A DNA stretch of 37,809 bases from a virus (lineage: Duplodnaviria; Heunggongvirae; Uroviricota; Caudoviricetes). Made by a program: the position numbers and the translations under genes. This document shows positions 27,381 to 36,481 of this stretch, piece by piece. The notes beneath the pieces are model-generated. The model had not been told where the DNA came from. It saw nothing but the letters and a program-made list of their open reading frames with translations, and searched no databases. Every line of letters begins with the position of its first letter. Position 1 is the first letter of the stretch. The stretch lies in the IMG/VR virus record IMGVR_UViG_3300036760_000193, positions 155,395 to 193,203 of that record. One strand, given 5' to 3'.

Positions 27381-28091
27381 TTACTTCAAGTCTTTCAAGA
27401 AGAACCTAACGGCGTCTAAACTCTGCGCGATATTCAAATGCGTCACACCGAATCCTACAATGAATCCGGCAGTAGCAATACCAACTAGCTTACCATCATC
27501 ATCAAATACCGTGCTTCCTGAATTGCCTGGAAGAACACCACAATCCAACAAAATATGATCTCCGTCTATTTTCGCAATGACTCCCTCTGAATAGGTGTCT
27601 TCAATGCCCAATGGACTTCCAATAATATGAATCTTTTGCCCTCTTTTAATCTCCTTAGCCAGGACAAAGTGCTGTGTATTAGAACGGTCGATATGAATGA
27701 CAGCCATATCATGTGCAACAGATACACTACTTACAATAGCAGCATAGTGCTGTTTATCAAAGGTTTCTACTTCAATAGAGTCTATGTCTCTAGTGCAGTG
27801 CTTAGCGGTCAAAATGTCTCCATGATCGTTGATAAAGGCACCAGAACAAACGTAATGGACTTCCCTCGATCCGTTAAAAATAGCTTTCTTCTTTTTAGAA
27901 GCTTCTGGATAATCTGGGATTTCTACTAATCGCGTGATATGAAGTTCTACGATTTTTTGTTCTACTGGAATAATCACGGGGGCTACTACAACAACAGGTG
28001 CTGGTTTTGCAACTTTCTTAGCTGCAAAAACCGTCGGTATCGAATTCATAATCAAGGCAGTGCAAAATAAAAGGGTCAAAAGTCTCTTCAT
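27381..28091 (-). CDS. Trypsin-like serine protease with signal peptide (no PDZ)
   Basis: MKRLLTLLFCTALIMNSIPTVFA signal; CSGAFI, LTAKHC (His), HDMAVI (Asp), PGNSGS (Ser); GGAG RBS. Confidence 0.85.
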   Translation of the reverse strand: MKRLLTLLFCTALIMNSIPTVFAAKKVAKPAPVVVVAPVIIPVEQKIVELHITRLVEIPDYPEASKKKKAIFNGSREVHYVCSGAFINDHGDILTAKHCTRDIDSIEVETFDKQHYAAIVSSVSVAHDMAVIHIDRSNTQHFVLAKEIKRGQKIHIIGSPLGIEDTYSEGVIAKIDGDHILLDCGVLPGNSGSTVFDDDGKLVGIATAGFIVGFGVTHLNIAQSLDAVRFFLKDLK

Positions 28092-28110
28092 TGTATTAAT
28101 CTCCAGTCAG

Positions 28111-28332
28111 TTAAATTGATCTATCGTATATTTTTAATTCACTCTCTGCAACCTTACGAACTTCATCATAAGATTTACACTTGGGGCATTGCGTTAAGTA
28201 ATAGGACTGACCATCTTTCGCTACAATGGTTACTACAAAGTAATTGGTCTTGGAACATCTCTGACATTCAACTAACCGTGCGGTATGTTTCTCCATTGTA
28301 AGTGTACTCCCGATATTTGTCATTTTGCCCAT
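28111..28332 (-). CDS. Small zinc-ribbon protein
   Basis: CQRC...CPKC. Confidence 0.6.
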   Translation of the reverse strand: MGKMTNIGSTLTMEKHTARLVECQRCSKTNYFVVTIVAKDGQSYYLTQCPKCKSYDEVRKVAESELKIYDRSI

Positions 28333-28661
28333 TTACCTTTCGCCAAAATCTGCGTGATTATGGCGATATTGGCGATATCTTCACACTCCTTTTCTACACT
28401 TCCAAACTTCGGGTCTTTTACATTCTTTGTGAACGTTCCCGTCCACGGATTCCAGCCGAGTAGGTTCAAAATACGAATGACCTTTTCAAACATTCTAAGA
28501 CTGAGACCTAAAGGCCCCATTGCTCTGACGTTATTTACTCCATACTCACGTCCTTTGTCCAAGAAAAGCTTGTAAAGGCCATCTAAAATTGTTCTGAACT
28601 CTTTACACTGCTGGGGGTATTCTATTTCATAGACATGCTTCTTCTTTACCTGTCTCTTCAT
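28320..28661 (-). CDS. Nucleotide-modification-associated domain 1 (DUF1599-like, all-alpha NTP pyrophosphatase-related)
   Basis: KGREYG..N...G..GL..RMFEK..R..NL...SV...EDIAN pattern. Confidence 0.65.
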   Translation of the reverse strand: MKRQVKKKHVYEIEYPQQCKEFRTILDGLYKLFLDKGREYGVNNVRAMGPLGLSLRMFEKVIRILNLLGWNPWTGTFTKNVKDPKFGSVEKECEDIANIAIITQILAKGKWAK

Positions 28662-28669
28662 AAACCACC

Positions 28670-29059
28670 TTATTGTGATGCGTTTCGTTTTCTTAACATC
28701 TCGCTTAATTCGTGTTGTGCAACTGGATCATAGATTCCCAAAAATTTCTGACATGTTCCGCAGAAAATAGAAAATCTTGCGCCTGTAAATGAAACTGAGC
28801 CGTCTTGATTATGTTTATATTCAATAGGCTGCTTCATCAATTGCTCATCTTTTTTCACTTCTCTACAAGTCGCGCATCTAATCCCATCGAATCTGGGGGA
28901 AACTGATGTATCTATAACTACGTCAGTAACAGGTACAGCGACAGGGGCTGGTGGAGCTTCTCTTTTTTCTGTATTTGATTCCCCTGCTTTGTCGATTGCT
29001 TCTCCATCTTTCCGCGATTCTGCAATAGAATCTCCGGCTCTCAATGTTTCATCAGACAT
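28670..29059 (-). CDS. Zinc-finger protein
   Basis: AGGAG RBS before the ATG at 29057-29059; CATC...CGTC. Confidence 0.6.
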   Translation of the reverse strand: MSDETLRAGDSIAESRKDGEAIDKAGESNTEKREAPPAPVAVPVTDVVIDTSVSPRFDGIRCATCREVKKDEQLMKQPIEYKHNQDGSVSFTGARFSIFCGTCQKFLGIYDPVAQHELSEMLRKRNASQ

Positions 29060-29121
29060 ACATATCTCCTCGTTTCTTAATGACACTCTCTATATTATAC
29101 GAAAATGCCAATGCTAAATAA

Positions 29122-29517
29122 TTATATTTTTTGAATATACTTGGCGACTAATCCAGTCAAAAAATCCTGAACATAATCAACAATCAAAGTAGCCTTCGCG
29201 TCTGGATCAACTTTACGTCTCAAGAAAGTAGCAATATCATCTTCGTAGTTGTCAAGCTTTGAAACTTCTGCCAATAGTTTGTCTTTGACAGAACTTAGAA
29301 TCCAGCTACTTCCCCATTTTGCGGAAAACGCCTTATTAACGATCTCAGTCAATTTCTCCTGAACAAAGTCAACAACCTGTTTCGATCTTGCATCTGGGTC
29401 TAATTCTTTGCGAATCAAATCCGCCAAAACGGGTTCATATTGATCCATCTTTTGAATTTCTACAGCAGCGGCGATTTGAACTTTGCCAAGCAACCAGGCT
29501 TTTATTTTATTCCACAT
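29122..29517 (-). CDS. Helical protein made of two tandem ~62-aa repeats
   Basis: AAGGAG RBS; repeat W.L..V...E..K.D.YE...A...R...DPDA...VD.VQ..LT..V.K occurs twice. Confidence 0.7.
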   Translation of the reverse strand: MWNKIKAWLLGKVQIAAAVEIQKMDQYEPVLADLIRKELDPDARSKQVVDFVQEKLTEIVNKAFSAKWGSSWILSSVKDKLLAEVSKLDNYEDDIATFLRRKVDPDAKATLIVDYVQDFLTGLVAKYIQKI

Positions 29518-29531
29518 GACTTATCTCCTTC

Positions 29532-30191
29532 CTACCTTAAGTAGGTATTTGTAACTTCTAATAAAATTGTAGGGGAAATTGTAACTCCCACTTTTTTCAT
29601 TTCAGCCACGGCGTAATCTAATGCCCGATTCTGAGGATGCCCATTCGTTATAGCTTCATAGTAATGTGCCACAGCAGAATTGTATTCTGCACCATACTGT
29701 GCAGCAACTTGATTCATTTGCTCTTGACTCAATGGGTTGTCGTAAGCTCTTTTATCAAGTCGTGACAAGCCAAACTCAGATGTCACAAGGTCTTCATCTG
29801 ATGGATCATCTTCGCGGCCTTTTGGAAGCCATTGGACAGAAGGGAAATCCCCCTTTGGGTCTTTACCTAAATCTACTGGACTATCAAAAAATCCAAAATC
29901 TGAGGTTTTCTCATTGCTAACAACCTTTCCATATTCCTGAACGATATCATCAAAAGAAATGGCTGAGCCATTATCTAATTCTATCATTTTCAAGCGCATA
30001 TCTATGTGAGCGGGTTTTCCTAAAACGGTTGGATTTTCAAGAAAGTATTTTACAGCATCATTTAAGGAGATGCCCTTAGACTTACTTTCTTTAGCGGCAG
30101 GATCGTACCACATACCTTTTGGGGGTGCCCCGATTGGTTGTGCTTTTTCTTGACCAGGCCACTTATCGTCAAACCTAGAAAGCCTATCCAC
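29532..30191 (-). CDS. Hypothetical protein with an LDKRA linker
   Basis: GTG start in operon; C-terminal helical module follows SRLDKRA. Confidence 0.6.
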   Translation of the reverse strand: MDRLSRFDDKWPGQEKAQPIGAPPKGMWYDPAAKESKSKGISLNDAVKYFLENPTVLGKPAHIDMRLKMIELDNGSAISFDDIVQEYGKVVSNEKTSDFGFFDSPVDLGKDPKGDFPSVQWLPKGREDDPSDEDLVTSEFGLSRLDKRAYDNPLSQEQMNQVAAQYGAEYNSAVAHYYEAITNGHPQNRALDYAVAEMKKVGVTISPTILLEVTNTYLR

Positions 30192-30196
30192 AGGAG

Positions 30197-32980
30197 TTAG
30201 TAGGTAAACTGAGTGTCAGCTACCATGTCCCATGTATTTGAATCTATATTGAACATCCACTTCATGCCTTGTGGCAGAGTAACGCTAGGTTTCGGAGGCA
30301 GCGCAGCTTCGGTTTCCACAGTCTCAGGAGCCACATCAGCAGCTTGAGTTTGTGTCTGCAATACCTCTTTAGTTTGAGTCATTTTCGTTCTCATCTGTTC
30401 TACATGATCTGTAAGATCATCGGCTTGGATGCGAAGTCCTTTCTCTTTTGCGAACTTCAAAAACTTTTTATAGCAATCTGGGCAGTCTTTAGCTAAATCA
30501 TTCAAAACTTTAACACTTTTAATGCGAACAATTTTATCCGTTTTGGACAAAGGCATAAGAGATGCTTCATGATCCTTTTTTTCTTTCTTACGCTTGCAAT
30601 CACGGCAAAGAACCTCTTCACTATATGTCATTGGAACTACGGCCCCACATTCTTTGCATTTTTGATCTAAATGAGGTTTACGGTCTGCGACGATCTCGAA
30701 ATCGAACCTGTCGAAGGATGTCCAACCAGTAACGCTCTTCATTTCCAAAGAAGCAAATTTAGCTTCTTTGCGTTTAACATCAATACTTACAATTTTAACT
30801 TTGTGTCCCTTCTTCAGAACAGAAAGATTTGTTTTCAGCGTTGCTCTTACAAGATCACGGTTTCCAAGCTCATTAAATACAATTTGTTCAATCTCAGGTT
30901 GAGATAGTTCATGATCTTTCATTGTAATTGCCATAATCTGTTGCCCTTGGTCATCAAAAATAACCCAAGCATCAGGAACACCAGGTTTACCGCTAGTTCT
31001 TTTAGCTGTCCACTTACGATTGGCAATATTCAGTTCCATTGTTCCTGTTGGCTCAGCTGCATTCAGAGAAACATCTTCGTCACGCTTTGGAGCTACTGCC
31101 ATACCAGGACGGTCTCCACCATATCCCATTCCGTCACCTTCTGCTCTTTTCTCTTTTTGTGATATTTTAGGACGGTATGGTTCAGTCCAAGTTGATTTGT
31201 TTTTTTCTTGGTCAATTAATTCGTGCATAAGTTCTGGGTCAACAACTGGTGGAGCTTCCTTAAGTGATTTGTTATAAGATTTCTCCCATTGCTTAAAAGG
31301 GACACCTACTGGAGCAAATTTTGTGCCTTCCTCCCCTGTGAGACCATATTGATAGGCTCTTCCATCATAAGTGAATTGTAAGTCTGTTTTTGGATCACCG
31401 TATTTATCAATGTATTGTTCAAGTAAATAATGCGTATATGTATCAAATAAATCTGCGTTTTTATCTAAAGAACTTTTATGGTGCTTAAAATATTCAACTT
31501 GTCGAAGTCTTTTGACAGCTTTTTCTTTGCTATCATAAGGCCCTCCAAGATTTTTTCCCTCTTCTGAAAGTACATGCCATCCGTCCTTTTCATGGACTAC
31601 ACGGCCTTCAACTTTCAAGGAAGCTTCTTTTTCTTCTACAATAGACCAACCACTTTTCATGGCACGATCCCAAGATAAATCTTGAATACGATGAAGTTTC
31701 ATAAGCATCTCATTATAGGATGCTCCTTCACCACGGACTTCTCCATTGTATTTAAGAACAAACTTGCCACGCTTCAAAAAAGCTCTCTTCACGAAATTTG
31801 TGCATTTGCATTCGTCACATTTTGTTTTACCATCATCTGTTTCATGGTCGAATTTCATGTGTCCACAAGAGCACTTCTCGTAAGAAATTTCCCTTGAAGC
31901 TTCGGCTTCTTTATCATTGTGCATAAAGGGCTGCATTAAATATTTGTCAGTTTTACATTTAGGACATTCTGTGATATCTTCGTCATAAACCCCGTAGCAA
32001 TTATTGCAACGAACTTTATCAGTGACTTCCTTGGCAGCACGTTTTCTTAGATCAGAACCTTTATAGGCTCCAAATCCATGATCTGCTGCCAGCTTTCCAG
32101 TATCCCAATGAACATAGGCCATATCTTTATCTGCGTCATAACGCATGACACGACCATATGATCCAGCAGTACCATAAACAGGTTCTACAAGATCATCAAG
32201 AGCAAACTTACTCACATCTGCATGTTTGTCCGTTGTTGCTTCTGGTTTTATTTCAGTTTCTTTAGGAGTTGCTTTTTGGCCTTCCGCATAGTAGTCCCAA
32301 GGTGTTTGCTGATTAACCGCAAACTCTTTGTTAAAACACGCTTTAAGTTTTTCACGATCTTCTTCATTTTGTACCCTCTCTATTGCTCTCTTGAATTTAA
32401 CAATGGTGTCATACTGTGGGTCGTCGGCCATAATCAAATAATCGAGCATTTTCATGTATAAGGCTGATGCAATCATTGAATCAAATTCTGGGTCTTTTGT
32501 TAAATCCATTTTATCCAGTTTTTCTTCTGGTTTAGGCACTTCAACTTTTTTCTCAGGTTCTGGTGTAGGGGCTGGGGTTACTTCTGGTGCTGCTTCAGCG
32601 GTAACTGCTGGAGCTTCAACAGATGCGTCAACTGGAGTAGCTGCAACGGCAGCAGGATCAATAACTTGTTGGTCAACTGGCAAAGGAATAGCAGAAAGCA
32701 TACCACCAGGGGCGGCTTCTACTGGAACAGTTTCTGGTTTTGCTTCTTCAGAAACAACAGTCTGTGTGGCAAGTTCTTTTTCTCTATTTTGTTTCTCAAT
32801 AGAACGTTGTTTCTTTTTCTCCTGCATATCAGCATAACGAACTTCTAAATCTTTAAGACTATCAATAGCTGATTTTAACTCAGATGGATTAACTTTGCTC
32901 ATGTCGAGACTATCAATACGCTTACGAAGTGTATGAATTTGAGTGTAGAGACCCGCCTCTTTTTGAATGGTTGCGTTCAT
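30197..32980 (-). CDS. Large modular protein with K-x-A linkers (putative internal head protein)
   Basis: AAGGAG RBS; IQKEA, DKHA, SKFA, LRKRA, DKEA, FVKRA, EKEASLK, SSLDKNA, EKRA separate SH3-like, Zn-ribbon and other small modules. Confidence 0.7.
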   Translation of the reverse strand: MNATIQKEAGLYTQIHTLRKRIDSLDMSKVNPSELKSAIDSLKDLEVRYADMQEKKKQRSIEKQNREKELATQTVVSEEAKPETVPVEAAPGGMLSAIPLPVDQQVIDPAAVAATPVDASVEAPAVTAEAAPEVTPAPTPEPEKKVEVPKPEEKLDKMDLTKDPEFDSMIASALYMKMLDYLIMADDPQYDTIVKFKRAIERVQNEEDREKLKACFNKEFAVNQQTPWDYYAEGQKATPKETEIKPEATTDKHADVSKFALDDLVEPVYGTAGSYGRVMRYDADKDMAYVHWDTGKLAADHGFGAYKGSDLRKRAAKEVTDKVRCNNCYGVYDEDITECPKCKTDKYLMQPFMHNDKEAEASREISYEKCSCGHMKFDHETDDGKTKCDECKCTNFVKRAFLKRGKFVLKYNGEVRGEGASYNEMLMKLHRIQDLSWDRAMKSGWSIVEEKEASLKVEGRVVHEKDGWHVLSEEGKNLGGPYDSKEKAVKRLRQVEYFKHHKSSLDKNADLFDTYTHYLLEQYIDKYGDPKTDLQFTYDGRAYQYGLTGEEGTKFAPVGVPFKQWEKSYNKSLKEAPPVVDPELMHELIDQEKNKSTWTEPYRPKISQKEKRAEGDGMGYGGDRPGMAVAPKRDEDVSLNAAEPTGTMELNIANRKWTAKRTSGKPGVPDAWVIFDDQGQQIMAITMKDHELSQPEIEQIVFNELGNRDLVRATLKTNLSVLKKGHKVKIVSIDVKRKEAKFASLEMKSVTGWTSFDRFDFEIVADRKPHLDQKCKECGAVVPMTYSEEVLCRDCKRKKEKKDHEASLMPLSKTDKIVRIKSVKVLNDLAKDCPDCYKKFLKFAKEKGLRIQADDLTDHVEQMRTKMTQTKEVLQTQTQAADVAPETVETEAALPPKPSVTLPQGMKWMFNIDSNTWDMVADTQFTY

Positions 32981-32992
32981 GTGGGCTGCTCC

Positions 32993-34972
32993 TTATTTCG
33001 CGTCTTGAGAATTGATGCCGAGTTCTTTTTCTTTCTCTTTGGAAATTTTCTCAGTAGCAACAGGTGCTACTCTAGCGATGATTTCTTCCCCACGGTCATT
33101 TTTAACGACTTTCCACGGAGATTCTATTTCTGCAACTTTTTTCAAAACTTCTTTCTTGGAAGCATGTGGTTGGATTTCCCCCATCGAAGCTTCTGGTTCA
33201 GCTGGAGCTTCTTCTACTTCTGATGTTTCAGCTGGAATATCTTCTTCAAAATGTCCACCTACTTCATACCAATCAACACTACGCATAGAATTGGAAATGA
33301 GATCAGCATACATTGATGCTCCAAGATCAGGTTGAGATTCCTCTACTAATTGTTTGATTTTCTCACCAAGGTCTCCAGCACCTTTAGAAGACTTTGCCAA
33401 TTCAATAACAGTGCGATACATACCCTCATCATTATCTAACCACAAAGCTACGATCCACGTTTCATAATTTTTCCATCCCTGATAACCATGTTCTTCTTGT
33501 GGAAGGGTAACAGGTGCTGGGGTTGCTGGCGGTGCAGCTTCTTTTTCTTCTACTTGTGGGGGTTTAGGAGCAGGTTTGCCGTGTAATGGATCGTTCTCTC
33601 TGACATCATCCATCAATTCATCAGCAGTTTTCAAAGAGGCTTCTTTTGGTTCCTCTTTTTTGTCTTCTTTCTTAAGGTCTTTTACTTCTTCCTTCTCATG
33701 CTCAGGAGTTTCACCAGGTTCAGAATGAGGTACATCAAGTTTGTCTAAGAGTTTATCTTCTGGAGAATCTTCTACAACTGTTGGGACACCAGGCATTGGA
33801 GCGGCCATAGGATCAACGACGGGAACGGTTGGAGCCATCTCTTCAAATTTCTTATCAATAGTGTCTTTGATAAGCTTATCAACTTTTTTCTCAATAATTT
33901 CAACGGGAGATGCAGCTTTTACTTTCAAAGAAGCTTCTTTATCTTTCTTACCATGACCGCATGTAACGCATGTAATGCTACCGTCTTCATGTTTACGAGC
34001 AGTTTTACTATCACAAGTTGGGCACTTAACAAATTCTGTTTTAGATGCTTCTTTACCCACTTGGCCTTTTTCTTCCTCTTTACCTACGCCTTCCATCTGT
34101 TCAAGTTTTTCTTTATCCGTTGTGGCATCAAATTTGGTCTTAGATTCCCAAGCCATTTTGCCTTCTTTCCACTCACTATAAAGGTCTTTCTCAGCAGCAT
34201 GTTTTACTTCTGAATCTTCTAATTCTTTGAATGATTTCTTCCAATCTACAAGTGTATGATTCCCAAGAAACTTAACAAGCTTTTTCTCAGCAGCATCACG
34301 ACCAGAGGCAACGGATTTCATTGCATCTTCTTTGTATTCATTGTGGCTAAGTGTGGCTACACCTTTTTCAATGCACTCATACTCAGCAATCATTTCAGCT
34401 AGGTTGTAATCGGAAAGACCTTTCACTTTAATTTCATAGTCTTTCTCAATTGTTTCTTCGCGTGTATCGCCCTTCTCATAAGCAGCGATTTTTTTGACAC
34501 CTGGTTGTTTCTTAGAAGCATCCCAATCTGGACGATCTGTTCCACGTTGTTCAGGTACTTCTTCAGGAGCTTCATTTTCAATATCTTTCAAAATTGTTCC
34601 TTGTTCGTCAAGATAACCTTGGTCGATAAGAGATTTTGCTGCACGACCATAACTACCTTGCAGTGACCACGCATGTCCGTTTTTAATAAGTTCACTAAAA
34701 AGTTTTAGAATTTCTTCATTTCCAAGATCACCTTGTTCAAAAGCCATGATTGCACCGACTTCATCAAATGGTTCTGCAACTCCACTCATTTGCTCTTCCG
34801 CAGCTTGTTTTGCAGCAGCTTCTTTAGCGAGAGCAACTTCATCAATCTCCATCACGTCTTTAACCCAATCGTTGGACTGAACCTTACGTTCCCACTCTTT
34901 TTCCTGGTTTGTTAATTCGGCTTCTTTCGAAATGCCGTCTTTATCTGAAAACATGTCATGTATCCAATTCAT
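32993..34972 (-). CDS. Modular acidic protein with K-x-A linkers (putative internal head protein)
   Basis: AAGGAG RBS; ISKEA, KKIA, VKHA, GKEA, KEASLKVKA, KEASLKTA, EKEA, LKKVA. Confidence 0.7.
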   Translation of the reverse strand: MNWIHDMFSDKDGISKEAELTNQEKEWERKVQSNDWVKDVMEIDEVALAKEAAAKQAAEEQMSGVAEPFDEVGAIMAFEQGDLGNEEILKLFSELIKNGHAWSLQGSYGRAAKSLIDQGYLDEQGTILKDIENEAPEEVPEQRGTDRPDWDASKKQPGVKKIAAYEKGDTREETIEKDYEIKVKGLSDYNLAEMIAEYECIEKGVATLSHNEYKEDAMKSVASGRDAAEKKLVKFLGNHTLVDWKKSFKELEDSEVKHAAEKDLYSEWKEGKMAWESKTKFDATTDKEKLEQMEGVGKEEEKGQVGKEASKTEFVKCPTCDSKTARKHEDGSITCVTCGHGKKDKEASLKVKAASPVEIIEKKVDKLIKDTIDKKFEEMAPTVPVVDPMAAPMPGVPTVVEDSPEDKLLDKLDVPHSEPGETPEHEKEEVKDLKKEDKKEEPKEASLKTADELMDDVRENDPLHGKPAPKPPQVEEKEAAPPATPAPVTLPQEEHGYQGWKNYETWIVALWLDNDEGMYRTVIELAKSSKGAGDLGEKIKQLVEESQPDLGASMYADLISNSMRSVDWYEVGGHFEEDIPAETSEVEEAPAEPEASMGEIQPHASKKEVLKKVAEIESPWKVVKNDRGEEIIARVAPVATEKISKEKEKELGINSQDAK

Positions 34973-34983
34973 TGTTGTTCTCC

Positions 34984-35160
34984 TTAGTAAGATTCATCAT
35001 CCGGTGTTTCATCGGTTAAATTGTTTTCAAGCTCAGACTTCAATTGTTTCTTAGCCTGTGCTCGATTATATTTACTTTGATCTTTGTGAACTTTTGTAGC
35101 GGGGTCTAAATCCCCCCATGACTTACGGATTTTCACTTTATCTTTATCGTGTTTACTCAT
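34984..35160 (-). CDS. 58-aa protein, basic N-terminus and acidic tail (below track cut-off)
   Basis: MSKHDKDKVKIRKSWGDLDPATKVHKDQSKYNRAQAKKQLKSELENNLTDETPDDESY; fills the gap between motif copy 3 and the next RBS. Confidence 0.6.
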   Translation of the reverse strand: MSKHDKDKVKIRKSWGDLDPATKVHKDQSKYNRAQAKKQLKSELENNLTDETPDDESY

Positions 35161-35183
35161 AATAGTACCGTCTTGACATAGGT

Positions 35184-35214
35184 GTATATAAACATTCGAA
35201 AATATTATACTTTT
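35184..35214 (-). promoter_or_regulatory. Conserved 31-bp dyad motif, copy 3
   Basis: Identical to 18808-18838; intergenic. Confidence 0.7.
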
Positions 35215-35234
35215 GAAGGGTTATTGTAACTGTG

Positions 35235-35594
35235 TTACGGAGTTGGTTTGGGTGGGTTTTCTTCTTTGGGGGCACTTGATTCAAATGAGTTAGCCTCTAA
35301 CTGATCTGCAATATCTTTGTCTTCAACGGCATGGTTCATTCCACAGCCTTGACATGTTTTTATAATTTCTTCTCTGGTTATCTCACGACCAAGCTTTTCC
35401 GAAAATTTCTTCTCAATTCCGGGCTTCAGCGCGTCGATCAAACAGCACTCTGCACAAATGGGATTGTTCTCAAAAATGGGGCACTTCCAATAAGAGACAT
35501 GGGTATGGGGGTTTGGGCACTCACATAAACAACAAGTGTGCCCAATGCTGTTTTTGTCAATATCGTAGAATTGATCGGATGTATCTGCCATCAT
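35235..35594 (-). CDS. Cys-rich zinc-binding protein
   Basis: CCLCEC, CP, CAECC, CQGC. Confidence 0.65.
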   Translation of the reverse strand: MMADTSDQFYDIDKNSIGHTCCLCECPNPHTHVSYWKCPIFENNPICAECCLIDALKPGIEKKFSEKLGREITREEIIKTCQGCGMNHAVEDKDIADQLEANSFESSAPKEENPPKPTP

Positions 35595-35692
35595 TCCTTC
35601 TCGAAATACTTACAATTAAGACAGTACCATACGCCATCGGCGTAGATCATGTCTGCGTTATCGCATGGGCAAATACGCACAGGATCAAGCAT
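35591..35692 (-). CDS. 33-aa zinc-ribbon peptide (below track cut-off)
   Basis: MLDPVRICPCDNADMIYADGVWYCLNCKYFEKE; start and stop overlap the flanking genes. Confidence 0.5.
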   Translation of the reverse strand: MLDPVRICPCDNADMIYADGVWYCLNCKYFEKE

Positions 35693-36107
35693 TTTTGCCA
35701 TTTTTCTTAATATAATTGGGAAGAGGAGCATATTTGTTCAATCCGTTTTCACCAGTCAGTGACCTGTCAAAGTATTTATAATAGGAAGGGTCGCCATCAC
35801 GGGCGATTTGTTCTTCTCGAAGACAGGAATCTCCAAGCGGAGTTATAATATAATCGTACTGTGTCCAATCTGGCCCAACCCAAATGCCATCTTTGCGTTG
35901 TTCACCTTGCGCTAACATCGCCTTGACATTTTTATTCTCGACACGACGAACAAGACCTGCTTCTAAAGATTTCTTAAAAACATCCCGTTCAAAAACTGTT
36001 TGGTGCAGCTTTAGGAACTGGACACCCAAAAAAATAACCTCGAACCAGTTGTGAGGTCTTCCGTCTCCGAATACTTGTAGAAACTTAAACCTTTGGATTC
36101 GATTCAT
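35685..36107 (-). CDS. Hypothetical protein, possible winged helix
   Basis: 'LEAGLVRR...YIITPLG' wing-like pattern. Confidence 0.5.
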   Translation of the reverse strand: MNRIQRFKFLQVFGDGRPHNWFEVIFLGVQFLKLHQTVFERDVFKKSLEAGLVRRVENKNVKAMLAQGEQRKDGIWVGPDWTQYDYIITPLGDSCLREEQIARDGDPSYYKYFDRSLTGENGLNKYAPLPNYIKKNGKNA

Positions 36108-36414
36108 CGTAAACTCTTTCTAAATAAGCTTCCTCGAAAAAGTTCTGTGCATTAGTTACCTCAACGCCTTTGTCTACTTTTCCTGTTGCAGCGTTTTTAC
36201 GTGCGAAACGGACTTCTACCTTCTCAAAAAATACTTGATAGGAATATACAGCCTTGTTGTTCAAACCAAAACCAACACGTTGAGCAGCCGTAACTCGCCC
36301 TACCAAGCCATTAAAGTCGAATGATTGTGACGACTGCATGACTGGTACAGGGTAATTTGTGACCCTCACTTTGGTTCCAATTGGAAAAGCTGATCCGCCA
36401 ACTAAGTTGTTCAT
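36085..36414 (-). CDS. Hypothetical SH3/KOW-like beta protein
   Basis: AAGGAG RBS; FPIGTKVRV...GLVGRV...YQVFF...FFEEAYLE. Confidence 0.6.
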   Translation of the reverse strand: MNNLVGGSAFPIGTKVRVTNYPVPVMQSSQSFDFNGLVGRVTAAQRVGFGLNNKAVYSYQVFFEKVEVRFARKNAATGKVDKGVEVTNAQNFFEEAYLERVYDESNPKV

Positions 36415-36481
36415 ATCATCTCTCCTTCTCTTTTCTCTATGACCACACGAACACCAATGGTGTAGGCATGGGGTGCAACTA

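Noticed and set aside
29088-29120. Possible fifth copy of the dyad motif (- strand TTTTCGTATAATATAG)
   Set aside because: Only GTATAATAT matches; may be a plain -10 element but lacks the TTCGAA core and right arm.
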